From Octopus sinensis (lineage: Eukaryota), in the NCBI RefSeq assembly GCF_006345805.1, contig NC_042997.1:176824001-176888000 (forward strand): a stretch of DNA of 64,000 bases. Reading direction: 5' to 3'. A program made the translations under genes and the position numbers. A model generated the notes under the pieces. The model had not been told where the DNA came from. It did not search any database and saw only the letters and a list, made by a program, of their open reading frames with translations. Numbering within the stretch: position 1 is the stretch's first letter; each line of letters opens with the position of its first letter. Positions 27,206-39,682 of the stretch are shown one piece after another.

Positions 27206-30200
27206 CAATAATAGTGCCCTTTAGGTTACTTTAGTTTAGTTTAAATTAGTTTAGATAATATATTTTTGGTTATGTTGTCTAGGCTTTAATTATAGTTAGT
27301 CTTTATTGATATTTCTTTGTTTTAATTAGTTCATTTTTAATGTATATTAATTTAACAGTTTATGGTACGTTAAAACTTTAATAATTTATATTAGATTTTT
27401 TTTAAAATTTTTTTATTTATATATATTTTTTTTAAAAATTTTATTTTATTATGTATTTTTATTATGCATTTGTTATATGTATTTTGGAGGATATATTTAT
27501 ATGTTTATGGGTGTTATTTAGTGGTGTTTTTATTGAGTTTTGTATGTATGTGTGAATGTTTAAAATCCCTTTGTTTTTTGTTTTTTATTTGGTATGTTGA
27601 ATTGACAGATTTTATTTGGGTATTGTCTGTTATAATAAAGTACACACACCCATAACAAATATAAGTGCCCACTTCATTCGCTGTACCTGGAATTGCATGT
27701 GAGCCTCAGCATATACACCTAACGGCCACTCCCGCCCCACATGGATAAATAACATACATCCCCAAAATGGGCGTAATCCCATTCACACCAATTATATGTA
27801 TACAATTATACACACTAGAATAATACATAACTAACCCAAATATACAGAACATACTAAAAATCACCAACTAACCACCATCACAAATGAAACCCACACCCAT
27901 ACAATGACAAAACTCCCCCCTCCATACCCAATTTACACCCACATAGTAATCCCAATATATTCATCCATACATGGACGCAAGTGCGTGAAGCACATGCACA
28001 CAATTAATACGTACAACCCCCTAATACACACTCATATACATACGTATCAAGCTCGACATCCACAGCGATACGCTTACACCCACTCACACCCAGATGGGTG
28101 AATTGCACAACCAGGGAACGCACACACACACGTGTGCGTTTTTTGATTGTGCAATTCGCCCATATGCATGTATGCGGGCGCGATTACATTGTTGCATATA
28201 TCGAGCCCAAATAGCATGCATATGTACATGTGAGGGGGTACACGCAAATGACGTGCGCGTGTAACCCCTGCATTTATACCCGTGCGTGAATATACACATG
28301 GAGACTACCACACAGGTACAAATGTGTATAGTAATGGGAGCCCCATCACTACACTCAATGTATACTCTCACCCATCCGCACGGATGTGTAAGTGTATCTC
28401 CGGTGTATATGTTGAGGCTTATATGTAGCGCTGTGGAGGCGAACGTCGTTGAAATTGTGAATGAATGGGTGGAGTTGGGAATTGTAACCGGGTGGTGGAC
28501 TAGCGTTGTTTGGAATTGTGAATGGATTAGTGTGGTAGTGAGGTAGGCATCGAGAATAGGTTTGGGTTACTGCAAGTTGTTTGTTAGAGCTGCTAAGGTG
28601 AGCTAAAGCTCATAAATGTATATAATGATTTTTCATGGTAGTTTTTTAAAGAATCCATTCATAATAAATTTTTTTAAGTAGTGTTGGTTTGCTACGTGGA
28701 TATAGTTTTTAGTTCCATTTATTCTATTTCTCCATTCATAATTTAAATGACGTTTACTTTCTATGGCGCGTATTCTTCTTTTTTTTACATAAGTTATTTC
28801 TATGGTAACGTAATTTTGGTTTGGTTTTTTTTAACGGCTAAGAATTTAATTTCACTTCATAATTTGAAACTGACTTGTAAGTATGTATTTTATTTATCCT
28901 TATGTCATATTGTTATTTTTGATATTCTGGTTAATTACGATGTATTTAATGTTGTTTTCATAGGAGTGTTTATGTATATGAGATTGTGTGTGAGTTTTTA
29001 GTTGTATAATTTATTTATCTGTATGAGTGTGGGTGTGTAAATATTGTTGTATATATCGAGTTTAGTGAGTATGTATATGCGTATATGTGAGGGAGTATAT
29101 GTATCTGTTGTGTGTGTGTGTTTTGCGTGTGTGTGTGTTTGTGTGTGAATGTGTATATGGGTTTGTTATTTAGGTTTTGGGATGTATGTGTTAATTTGTC
29201 TGTGTGGGGAGGGAGTGGGTTTTGGTGTATATTGAGGTTTATAAGTTAGTATAGGTATGTGTATAAGTCGTGGGTCTGTGGTTTACGTGTGTGTATTTGT
29301 GTGTGAATGTTTAGGTTAGGGGGATTGCTATATAGGTTTGTTATAGAGTTTAGCAAAGGGAGATTTTATCGTTATATGTTTTTATGAGTTTTGGTTTATC
29401 ATGTTTTTTTTAGGGAATTCGTGGTAATTTGTCTATTTTCGATGTTGGTTGTTTTATTACATTGTTTCATTCATAATTTTTGAGTGGTGTTCGTTTTGCC
29501 ACGTGAATAACCGGGTGGTGGACTAGCGTTGCTTGGAATTGTGAATGGAATAGTGTAGTAGTGAGGTAGGCATAGAGAATGGGTTTGGGTTACTGCAAGT
29601 TGTTTGTTAGAGCTGCTAAGGTGAGCTAAAGCTCATAAATGTATATATGATTTTTCATGGTAGTTTTTTAAAGAATCCATTCATAATAAATTTTTTTAAG
29701 TAGTGTTGGTTTGCCACGTGGATATAGTTTTTAGTTCCATTTATTCTATTTCTCCATTCATAATTTAAATGACGTTTACTTTCCATGGCGCGTATTCTTT
29801 TTTTACATAAGTTATTTCTATGGTAACGTAATTTGGTTTGATTTTTTTAACGGCTAAGAATTTAATTTCACTTCATAATTTGTAACTGAATTGTAAGTAT
29901 GTATTTGATTTATCCTTATGTCATATTGTTATTTTGATATTTTGGTTAATTACGATGTATTTAATGTTGTTTTCATTGAGTGTTTATGTATATGAGATTG
30001 TGTGTGATTTTTTAGTTGTATAATTTATTTATCTGTATGAGTGTGGGTGTGTAAATATTGTTATATATCGAGTTTATTGAGTATGTATATGCGTATATGT
30101 GAGGGAGTATATGTATCTGTTGTGTGTGTGTGTTTTGCGTGTGTGTGTGTTTGTGTGTGAATGTGTTTTTGGGTTTGTTATTTAGGTTTTGGGATGTATG

Positions 30201-31122
30201 TGTTAATTTGTCTGTGTGGTGAGGGAGTGGGTATTGGTGTATATTGAGGTTTATAAGTTAGTATAGGTATGTGTATAAGTAGTAGGTCTGTGGTTTACGT
30301 GTGTGTATTTGTGTGTGAATGTTTAGGTTAGGGGGATTACTATATAGGTTGTTATAGAGTTTAGCAAAGGGAGATTTTATCGTTATATGTTTTTAAGAGT
30401 TTTGGTTTTTCATGGTTTTTTTTAGGGAATTCGTGGTAATTTGTCTATTTTCGATGTTGGTTGTTTTATTAATTGTTTCATTCATAATTTTTGAGTGGTG
30501 TTCGTTTTGCCACGTGAATATTATTTTTAATTCCATTTATTCCATTTCTCCATTCATTAATTTAGAGATGTTCGTTTCCAGAGCGGTTATACTTTTTATA
30601 CATATGTTAAGTTCTTTGGTAAAGTAATTTGTTTGGTGTATATGTTGAGGCTTATATGTACTTGTGGGTGTGTGTGAGTGGGGTGGGTGTTTTGTATTTG
30701 TTATGGGTGTGTGGTTTACGTGTGTTTTTTGGTGTGAATGTATAGGTTAAAGGGATTGCTATATAAGTATGTTATAGTGTTTAGTAAAGGGAGGTTTTAT
30801 CATTTCTGTTTTGTGAGTTTTAGCTTATCATGGTAGTTTTATAAAAGAATCCATTCATAATTTTTGTGTTTATTTGTCTGTGTGGGGTTGAGTGGGTTTT
30901 TGGAGTATATGTTGAGGTTTATATGTATGTATTGGTATGTGTAAGTGGTGTGGGTATTTGTATATGTCGTGGGTGTGTGGTTTACGTGTGTGTATTTGTG
31001 TGTGAATGTTTAGGTTAGGGGGATTGCTATATAGGTTTGTTATAGAGTTTAGTAAAGGGAGATTTTATCATTATATGTTTTTATGAGTTTTGGTTATCAT
31101 GGTAGGTTTGTTAAGGAATTCG

Positions 31123-31932
31123 TAGTAATTTGTGTCTATTTGCGATGTCTGTGTTTTATTGCATTGTTTCATTCATAATTTTTAAGTAGTGTTCGTTTTA
31201 CCAAGTGAATATTTTTAATTCCATTTATTCCATTTCTCCGTTCATAGTTTTGAGTGATGTCCGTTTTCTAGAGCGTGAATGTGGGTTGTATGTGTGTGTG
31301 TGTGTGGGAGTATGAATAAGTATTGTGTTGAAGTATTTAGCTATTTTATTTATTTATAGTTGCCTAGACGTTTTTATGTGTATGTATAGGGATATATATA
31401 TAGGTGTGTGATTTAGTGTATGTAGTTAGATATGGTTATATATAATTAGGTATATGTGTATGGGTGTATATATAGTTTATTATTATATTTATTATTATTT
31501 TTTGTTTTGTTTTATATTTTATATTTTATATTTTATATTTTATATTTAATTGTTGATAGGTTTTTTTAGTTTATATATGTTTAATATTGATTATATATGG
31601 ATTATATATAGGTTATATATGGATTATATACTTATATTTTTTCATTCATACTTTAATTATTTTAAAATTATTATTTTTATATTTTAAAATATTGATTTTT
31701 TAGATTGGAAGTCCACCTGAAGATTGTCGATCAAGACAAGAAACGATTGTAGTGGCGGTTTTTTTTGACTATTTATTAAAATTTTATGTATTGATTAAGT
31801 CTTTCCTTGTTTGTTTTGCAAAATAGTGGTTTTGTCTCTAATAATATTTTATAATATTTACTATAAAATTGGATTTAATCCTAAATCTGATTTTTTCCCC
31901 TGTAAATTTGGATTATTCCCTAATATTTATTA
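31123..31932 (+). repeat. 3' pseudo-LTR of the PLE
   Basis: Direct repeat of 23836-24633. Confidence 0.92.
31713..31755 (+). ncRNA. Minimal type I hammerhead ribozyme in the 3' pLTR
   Basis: Identical to 24414-24456; cut after 31751. Confidence 0.87.
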
Positions 31933-32156
31933 TTATATATATATTTATATATATATTATGTATGTATGTATATATATGTATTATATATATAGTATATATA
32001 TGTATGTATTATATATATATTATATGTATGTATATATATATATATATCTATATATATATATATATATATGATATATATATATATATATATGTATGTATTA
32101 TATATATATTATATATATATGTATGTATATATATATATATATATTATATATATATG

Positions 32157-32195
<39 letters not shown>

Positions 32196-32216
32196 ATATA
32201 TATATATATATATATG

Positions 32217-32300
<84 letters not shown>

Positions 32301-32301
32301 G

Positions 32302-32353
<52 letters not shown>

Positions 32354-32449
32354 ATATATTATATATATATATATATATATGTATGTATATATATATATAT
32401 ATATTATGTATATATATCTATATATATATATATATATATATACGATATA

Positions 32450-32490
<41 letters not shown>
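31933..32490. repeat. (TA)n/(TATG)n tract, mirror of 18736-19130 but longer and noisier
   Basis: Direct reading. Confidence 0.93.
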
Positions 32491-32493
<3 letters not shown>

Positions 32494-35400
32494 ATCTATA
32501 TATGACTGCGAACGGTTCTAAACGAAAATTTAATAACGAACAGTTTCTCTGAAGAAAATTAAACACACATAATAAAACGGACATAATTAAACGCACATAA
32601 TAAGCTGAAATTGATCAACGACCAGACTGCGGAGGCCTGGGAGGCCATTCACATAGCAAACTGAATTTGAACACTAAGCACGAGTAGACTAAGCCTGCAT
32701 GTAAATGGCTGGGAGAGTGTGTACAAACGGTTTGTTAACGTCCATGTACGTATTTCGTGTAGCTTGCAAATTTTTCATATTTTAGGAGTTGGAGTGGCTA
32801 TAGGCGTAGTAGTGGCTGTGTGGTAAGTAGCTTGCTTACGAACCACATAGTTCCGGGTTCGGTTCCATTGGTGGTACCTTTGGGCAAGTGTCTACTATAG
32901 CCTCAGGCCGACCAAAGCCTTGTAAGTGGATTTGGTAGACGGAAACTGAAAAGAAGCCCGTCGTATATATGTATGTGTGTGTGTGTGTGTGTGTGGTGGT
33001 GTCTGTGTGTGTGTGTGTGTGTGTCTGGTCTGTATCTGTGTCTGTGTGTGTTCTGTGTATCTGTGTGTCTTGTGTTTGTCCCCCAACATCGCTTGACAAC
33101 CGATGCTGGTATGTCTACGTTCCAGTAACTTAGCGGTTCGGCAAAAGGGACCGATAGAATAAGTACTAGGCTTACAAGAATGTCCTGGGGTCGACTGGCT
33201 CGACTAAAGGCGGTGCTCCAGCATGGCCACAGTCAAATGACTGAAGCAAAGTAAAAGAAATTTATCGACAAAAGCAAGACAAAGGGAAAACCGCACAGAC
33301 AACACATATATATGCATACACACATTATGCATGTGTGTATGTATGTATGTATGTATGTATGTTTTTATGTAATCCTTTTGATAGATGAGCAAGTAAAATA
33401 CTTTTCGAAGCATAATAAAAACTCAGAATGACACCCCACTTTGTCAACCAGCTGGCAAGGTGAAGGTTAGAGGAGATTCTGAAGTGAAACCGTCTTTTGC
33501 AATCATCTTCCTACCACCCAATACCAAAGCCGAGGTAATTAAAAATAGTAGTTTCAGCATTAGAAGCAACGACAACAGTAACATCTCTAGTACAGCAGAA
33601 ACAGCTGCAACAACAATAATAGCATACCGAGTACCGAGACAATGACTGCCTAACAAAGAAAATTGCAAAATCATGAACAACAACAGTTGTGCATTGCCAC
33701 TGTTATAGCAACTAAATGTAGCAACAGAAACAAATCCGCCGCCATTGCTACCACTGCCACTCAAACAAAAGGCATAACTGCAGCGACAAGGATGGTACTG
33801 ACACATCTGCAGCAGCGGAAATAAAGTGAAAATTATTTCTGTGACCAAGATCATAATGTTTTCGATCTCATCTCACTCTGCAAAAAAAGCTTGGATATTT
33901 AGAAGTGGCGGAGATATACTTCAACAGACGAGAGCAGAAAGAAAGTCGCAATTAATCAGTGAGCGATACCAGCGCCTATTCAGGCACTGTTTTTTTTGTT
34001 TTGTTTTTTCATATATCGCTGGCGGGGAGATGAGTTCACAGCTATTTCTAATAGTGGGCGTCCATCATTGACGAGACCAAAGAAGGTCGAAATCACATGT
34101 TCTGGTGGTCTCAACACGGAAATGGTGGTGATATATCTCTCCACTAACGATATAACAAGATTGCATTTTGCACCAAAAACAATATGAGGGTTTCTCTCAT
34201 GAAACGACTGCTGTATAGTTTGTTTTAATAGAACATCCAACATTAACATCCACGTTTATCTGGGTATAAATATTACCTCTCTGTCGCTAATAAATACCAT
34301 GTATCTAAGTTATTTTCACTCAGAATCTCTAACACAGAAGCACTCCACTGTTACACAAAAAACTGTAGATTTACACTCACACTCATCTACCTTCTAACTG
34401 GACGATGAATGATCCGTGTAAAAATCTCAACACACCACCAGAACTAGACTTCTCGACTCTGGCGAAATGTGTGGTTTTTGGAAGAGGCGAGCACACTGCT
34501 AGAAATCAAAGATTCTCCAAAGGAGTGAGTATGGATTTGGCTGGAAAATTCTGATTCATGTGAAACCTGAAGCATTAGGGAAAATATACCGACCTAATAG
34601 AATTCTAGGAGGGCTGTAACTACAGAGGGTAGTGGTGGGTAGAAATCTTGATAGTACACTGTGGAAACACTAATTACTCAAGGCTTTCTACCTCCAACAA
34701 CGAATTGACAGCTGAAAGAAAACTTCCTGTACTGTCAACGCCACATCACTAACATCAACAACAATAACGGCAAACACAGCAACTACAACAATAGCATGCA
34801 GTAGCAGCAGCAAGCAGCAGTGACTGCAGCGCCAGTTACAAGTGTAGAAACAACAGCAACAAAAATAACAAAGAATTACCACCCTAAAGAGCCACCATAT
34901 CACCACAACAGCAGCGTTCAAGAAATTGGACCTGGAGATCTCCATTTCCAGCGACTTCGAGGGCCACCTCCCAGTGGTGTCGGGCGTCAACGAAGAGCCC
35001 TCGACTACAACAAGACGACCAAAGTTTTTTTTTCCAAGGTCTGGGTTCTCCCGCCCCTAAGCCCTAGACCATCACCTAATCACCCTTCCCGTCTTGTTGC
35101 TTAACAACAACAACAAACAAAACCAACAGCAACTGAAAGCCCCCTACACACACACACACACAAGAACAACAAATTAAAAGAGGCAATTACTCCTCAAGAC
35201 ACGCCCTTGTCCTAGAGACCACTTAGACACGTGTGGCGTGGGTGACGGTGAGGAGCGGTAACCGACAAAAAGTTACTAATGCAAAAAGGAAAAAGAAACA
35301 AAAAAAACATATATGAACAAACGGAGGAGATGCTTTTTTTAGCAAAGATACACCAACACACCCCTACAGCCGCCTACCAGTGCCTACCAACTCATTATCC

Positions 35401-36044
35401 CCATCACTGTTTGTGTTATGTTGACCATAACATGAGTTGCGTCCGAGAAACTTGTCCTTCATTTCACATACTGCTCAGGCTAATCTCCACCATCTTAATT
35501 GCATTAACAATACTAATGCTAATAAAAATAAATGTCCCTAAACCAAAGATAAATTGATTGTTGCAAACATTCTTATAATTGTCACGAGTGAAAGTGGGTT
35601 GGCTTAGTGGTTAGTGCATTTGGCTCACGATCGTCGGTCGTGAGTTCAATCCTCTGGCGGCGCCTTGTGTCCTTGAACAAGATCACTTATTTTTCGTTGC
35701 TCCGGTCCAGTCAGCTAGCATGAAAGGGTCAGACTTGTCATATTTGGTATGTTCCGCTGATCGCCTTGAGAACTACGTTATGACAACTCACGTTTTCGGA
35801 GTGCTCAGCCACTTCAGCGTTAATTTCACGAGCTGGCTGTTCCGTTGGTTGGCTCAGCTGGGGCACTTGTCATCGCAACCGAGGAACGCCAGTCTATTTT
35901 TAATTTTCTCAACAGTAAATAATTTTCAAAAATAATAATTATAATGATTGTTCGGTGTCAATTAGGGGAAAAGTGGAGAGAACAATAAAGAATTCTAGTT
36001 GTGGGGAATATGCATGCATGTATGTATGTAAGTATGCATGTATT

Positions 36045-36075
<31 letters not shown>

Positions 36076-38023
36076 TGTGTGTCACATAATTTTATATGTT
36101 TATTATTCTAGCAGGTAGTTTTTATTCAATTAGCCATTTACACTACATACTTTACTTGTTATGACTGGAGGGAGGTCAAGGCCCATAGCCTTCAGAGTAT
36201 CTCCGCCACCGGTAAGGTTAACACCATTAAGTCCCAACGATTGCAAGAATACATGAACGTGGAGGAACTCCAGTGGACCGACGTTTCTGGGAAGGAAATA
36301 CTGAGTTAGTGTGGAGCCTGAGGAGGGTGCACACAAGAGGATGGAGGAGGAGAGAGACAAGTGCATCGGTAGGGAAAGAGTGCGTGTGACATGAGCTCAG
36401 TCAGAACGAGGAGCAGAGGCCATTATAGTAGTGGTAAAAGGATAGAGATGGGAATGATATGAGACACATCGATGACATTCAAGCCAAACAAGACCCAGGA
36501 GAGGCCAAAGACGGTCCGAGTCGAAACAATAGAGAAAGTCTTCGAGGGCCAAATGTCAATAGAGATCGAGTGGCTTAAATAAGTAAAATTTGAGGATATT
36601 TGGCTACTATGTTTTGCAGAAGATTCCTCGTTGGCTCGCAGCTCTTTGTAATTTTCCACAATAGCAGTAAGTATAGTAGTTTCCTGTCTATTAGCATCGC
36701 AGTAGATATGCCTAGGTGCGTGTGAGTGTGTGTACAAGTGCGTATATATATGTATATAAGTATCCATGTTCTTATCTGTATGCCTGTGTGTCCGCTCTGT
36801 GTGGCGTATGCGTGCGTATGTGTATGAATACATGTTTTGTTATTTATGTGCATGTATGTGTGCTGGGTTGAATGCGCGTCTCTGCACACGTGTAAGAATA
36901 GACGTGGGTGTATATGCATGTGTATATATGGTCGTGACGTTATTGTCGCATACACAAACAGTATCGGGATAGGATATAAGTATCGAATTATAAAAGTCCT
37001 AGGGAATATTGAATATTAGAAGCAATGTAAATAATTACAAAGCACAGCTGATTTTATGAAGACACCAATATATATGACCAGGTTGCATTTGCATAATCAA
37101 AAAGAGATTCGCATTGAGATCTTGCGCTGGAACATTTTCAAAATTTTTCGTGTTAAATCGGTATTCAATTGCTAGCTGTAGGAGTTGAATACGAAGCCAT
37201 TCATCAAAATACAAAATTCTTCTTAGTTGTGAAAGATTTAGAAGATTGCATATTCGAAACCAGAGTCAAATTACAGAAAGTAATTTTCGCTAGCATTATT
37301 CAAAATTAGATAATTATTATTTCTTATAGTTTTTTTCTTTAGTCTCCCCTGTTAGGGAGACAGGACTAACATGCTGGATGGTGTGGATATCCATTACAGG
37401 CTTTCGAATCGTCTAAATAGTTTTAAAATAATTTCTCGGATTGCATGAAGCCTTGTTTGCACCATGTATGTCGATTATGCATACAAGCCTTGTTGGTGCC
37501 ATGCATGTCCTTTATTTTTCTACTCCCACCCCTCTCTTTCCCTCTCATGCATTTGCTCTCCTGTTCCTTCTCTCTCCCTCTCCCTTCCTCCCTCCCTGTC
37601 AATACCCTTTATATCAGCTAGGATGTTATATATTTCTTTATTGCCCACAAGGGGCTAAACATAGGGGGGACAAACAAGGATAGACAAAGGGATAAGTCGA
37701 TTACATTGACCCCAGTGCGTACTGGTACTTTATTTATCGACTCCGAAAGGATGAAAGGCAAAGTCGACCTCGTCAGCTAGGATGTTATAAACATTAAAAT
37801 ATAATAATAATAATCCTTTCTACTTAAACGCACAAGGTTTGATATTTGGAGGCGGGAAACCAGTTGATTAGATCGACCCCGTGCTAAACTGCTATTTATT
37901 TTCGAAGCCGAAAGGTTAAAAAGCAAAGTCGACATCGGTGAAATTTGAACTCAAAACGTAAAGCCTCGAAAAATTCCGCTGAATATTTTGTCCGGCATGC
38001 AAGCGATTCTACCATTTCGCCGT
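32491..38023 (-). repeat. Inverted duplicate of host flank 13144-18735 (includes mirrored SINE B ~32807-33250, SINE C ~35597-35893, LINE end and SINE A)
   Basis: Collinear reverse complement ending ...ACCATTTCGCCGT at 38023 (= 13144); differs mostly by 1-bp indels. Confidence 0.93.
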
Positions 38024-38200
38024 GTGATTTAGTGTATGTAGTTAGATTGGTTATATAATAATAGGTGTATATGGTATGGGGTGTTATATAGTTTTTATTA
38101 ATATTATTATTATTTTTTTGTTTTGTTTTATATTTTAATTTATATTTTATATTTTATAGTTAATTGTTGATCGGTTTTTTTTTAGTTTATATATTGTCAT
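38022..38200 (+). mobile_element. Orphan internal fragment of the PLE pLTR, followed by degenerate (TA)n to ~38790
   Basis: GTGTGATTTAGTGTATGTAGTTAGA...TTTAGTTTATATATTG matches 31407-31580 and 24119-24280. Confidence 0.85.
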
Positions 38201-39682
38201 ACATATTATATATTATATAATATATATACATATATATATATATATATATTATATATAATACATATATATATATCTTATATATAATTATCTAATATATATA
38301 TATTAATGTATATATATATATACATATATATATATACACATATATATATATATTCTATATATATTATAACATACAACATATTCTATATATAATATATATA
38401 TATATTATATGTATATATTATATCATATATATATACATATATATATATACACATATATACACATATATATATACAATATCATATCTATATATATACATAT
38501 ACATATAATATATATATACGTCTATATATATATATATATACATACATATATATATATATATAATATATAATATATTATATATATATATATATATTATAAT
38601 ATATACATATATATAACACATATATATACACAGATAGATATACATATACATTAATTAATATATACATATATACATTATATATATAATATATACACATCTC
38701 TATATATATATATATACAACTATACATCTATATACATACATATAATAATAAATATATAAGTACATAAATACAGTCACACACACACATGCACACCCACACA
38801 TTTATATATACATACATTTAAAAAATTTCTTTCTTAACGCCTATCTCTCGATTTATTTATTAGGTTCATTACATACAATGCTCTACATCGAGATTATTAG
38901 GATATTCCAGTGGATTCCTTTTATAAGAAGTCTTTTTGGTATATTTTAAGAAATTACATACATATATCTATGTATATAATTTCTATATATACATATATAT
39001 ATTTATGTGTTTATATATGTATGCATACCCACCCACATACCTACCTACATAAATTCACATACACAAACACATATATAATTTATGCCGTACATTTTCGTGA
39101 ATAGATTCACTGAAAGTTTTCACCGATGAACATTCAAATAAATTAAATAAACTTGATCGCACGGACGTTAAACTTGCAACAGTGTGTTGCAAATGTCGGA
39201 ATATATTGATTGTAACAGCACCGGTTGTCATGATGCAATGTAGCTAGCTATACAGATGCCTTGTAGAAATATCACACTTGGTCGACAAGAGACAAAGAAG
39301 AAAGTTCATCTAGCTGCTTGACTTATATTTGTTTCTTGTAAAATCACTTAAAGTGGAGAGAGAATCTTCAATTTAGCTTTATACAAAAATCACAAATAAA
39401 TATTCATATTTTAAATAACTGAGTGGTGGTCTTGAGCACTTTAAGTGTGGGATTATGAATACAGCTTCTTTGCTGATGAATTTGTCAGTTGGAAAACGAG
39501 CTGTGTGTTCAAATATATAGTAGCGTTACATGACATCTTCAAGAAGGTCACTTGTTTTTTTTTTATTTTTAATTATTTTAATTTTCTTACATTTCGGAAA
39601 TAAAATATTTGTTATTACTCTTATACAATCACTGATAAGCCCAGATTTTCAGACACTGCTGGCTACACTAAACTTTTAGACA

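Larger units (their letters stand above)
27206..31932 (+). other. About 4.7-kb non-coding 3' UTR of the PLE: structured domain, G/T-rich modular repeats and 3' pLTR
   Basis: Lies between the ORF stop and the element end at (TA)n; no homology-bearing ORF; duplicated intact in the left inverted copy. Confidence 0.85.

Noticed and set aside
29310-29325. Telomeric repeat (TTAGGTTAGGG in module M2)
   Set aside because: Single motif per module, not an array; expected in G/T-rich sequence.
28485-31250. CRISPR-like repeat-spacer array
   Set aside because: Modules vary in length, spacers are related to each other, there are no cas genes and the context is eukaryotic.
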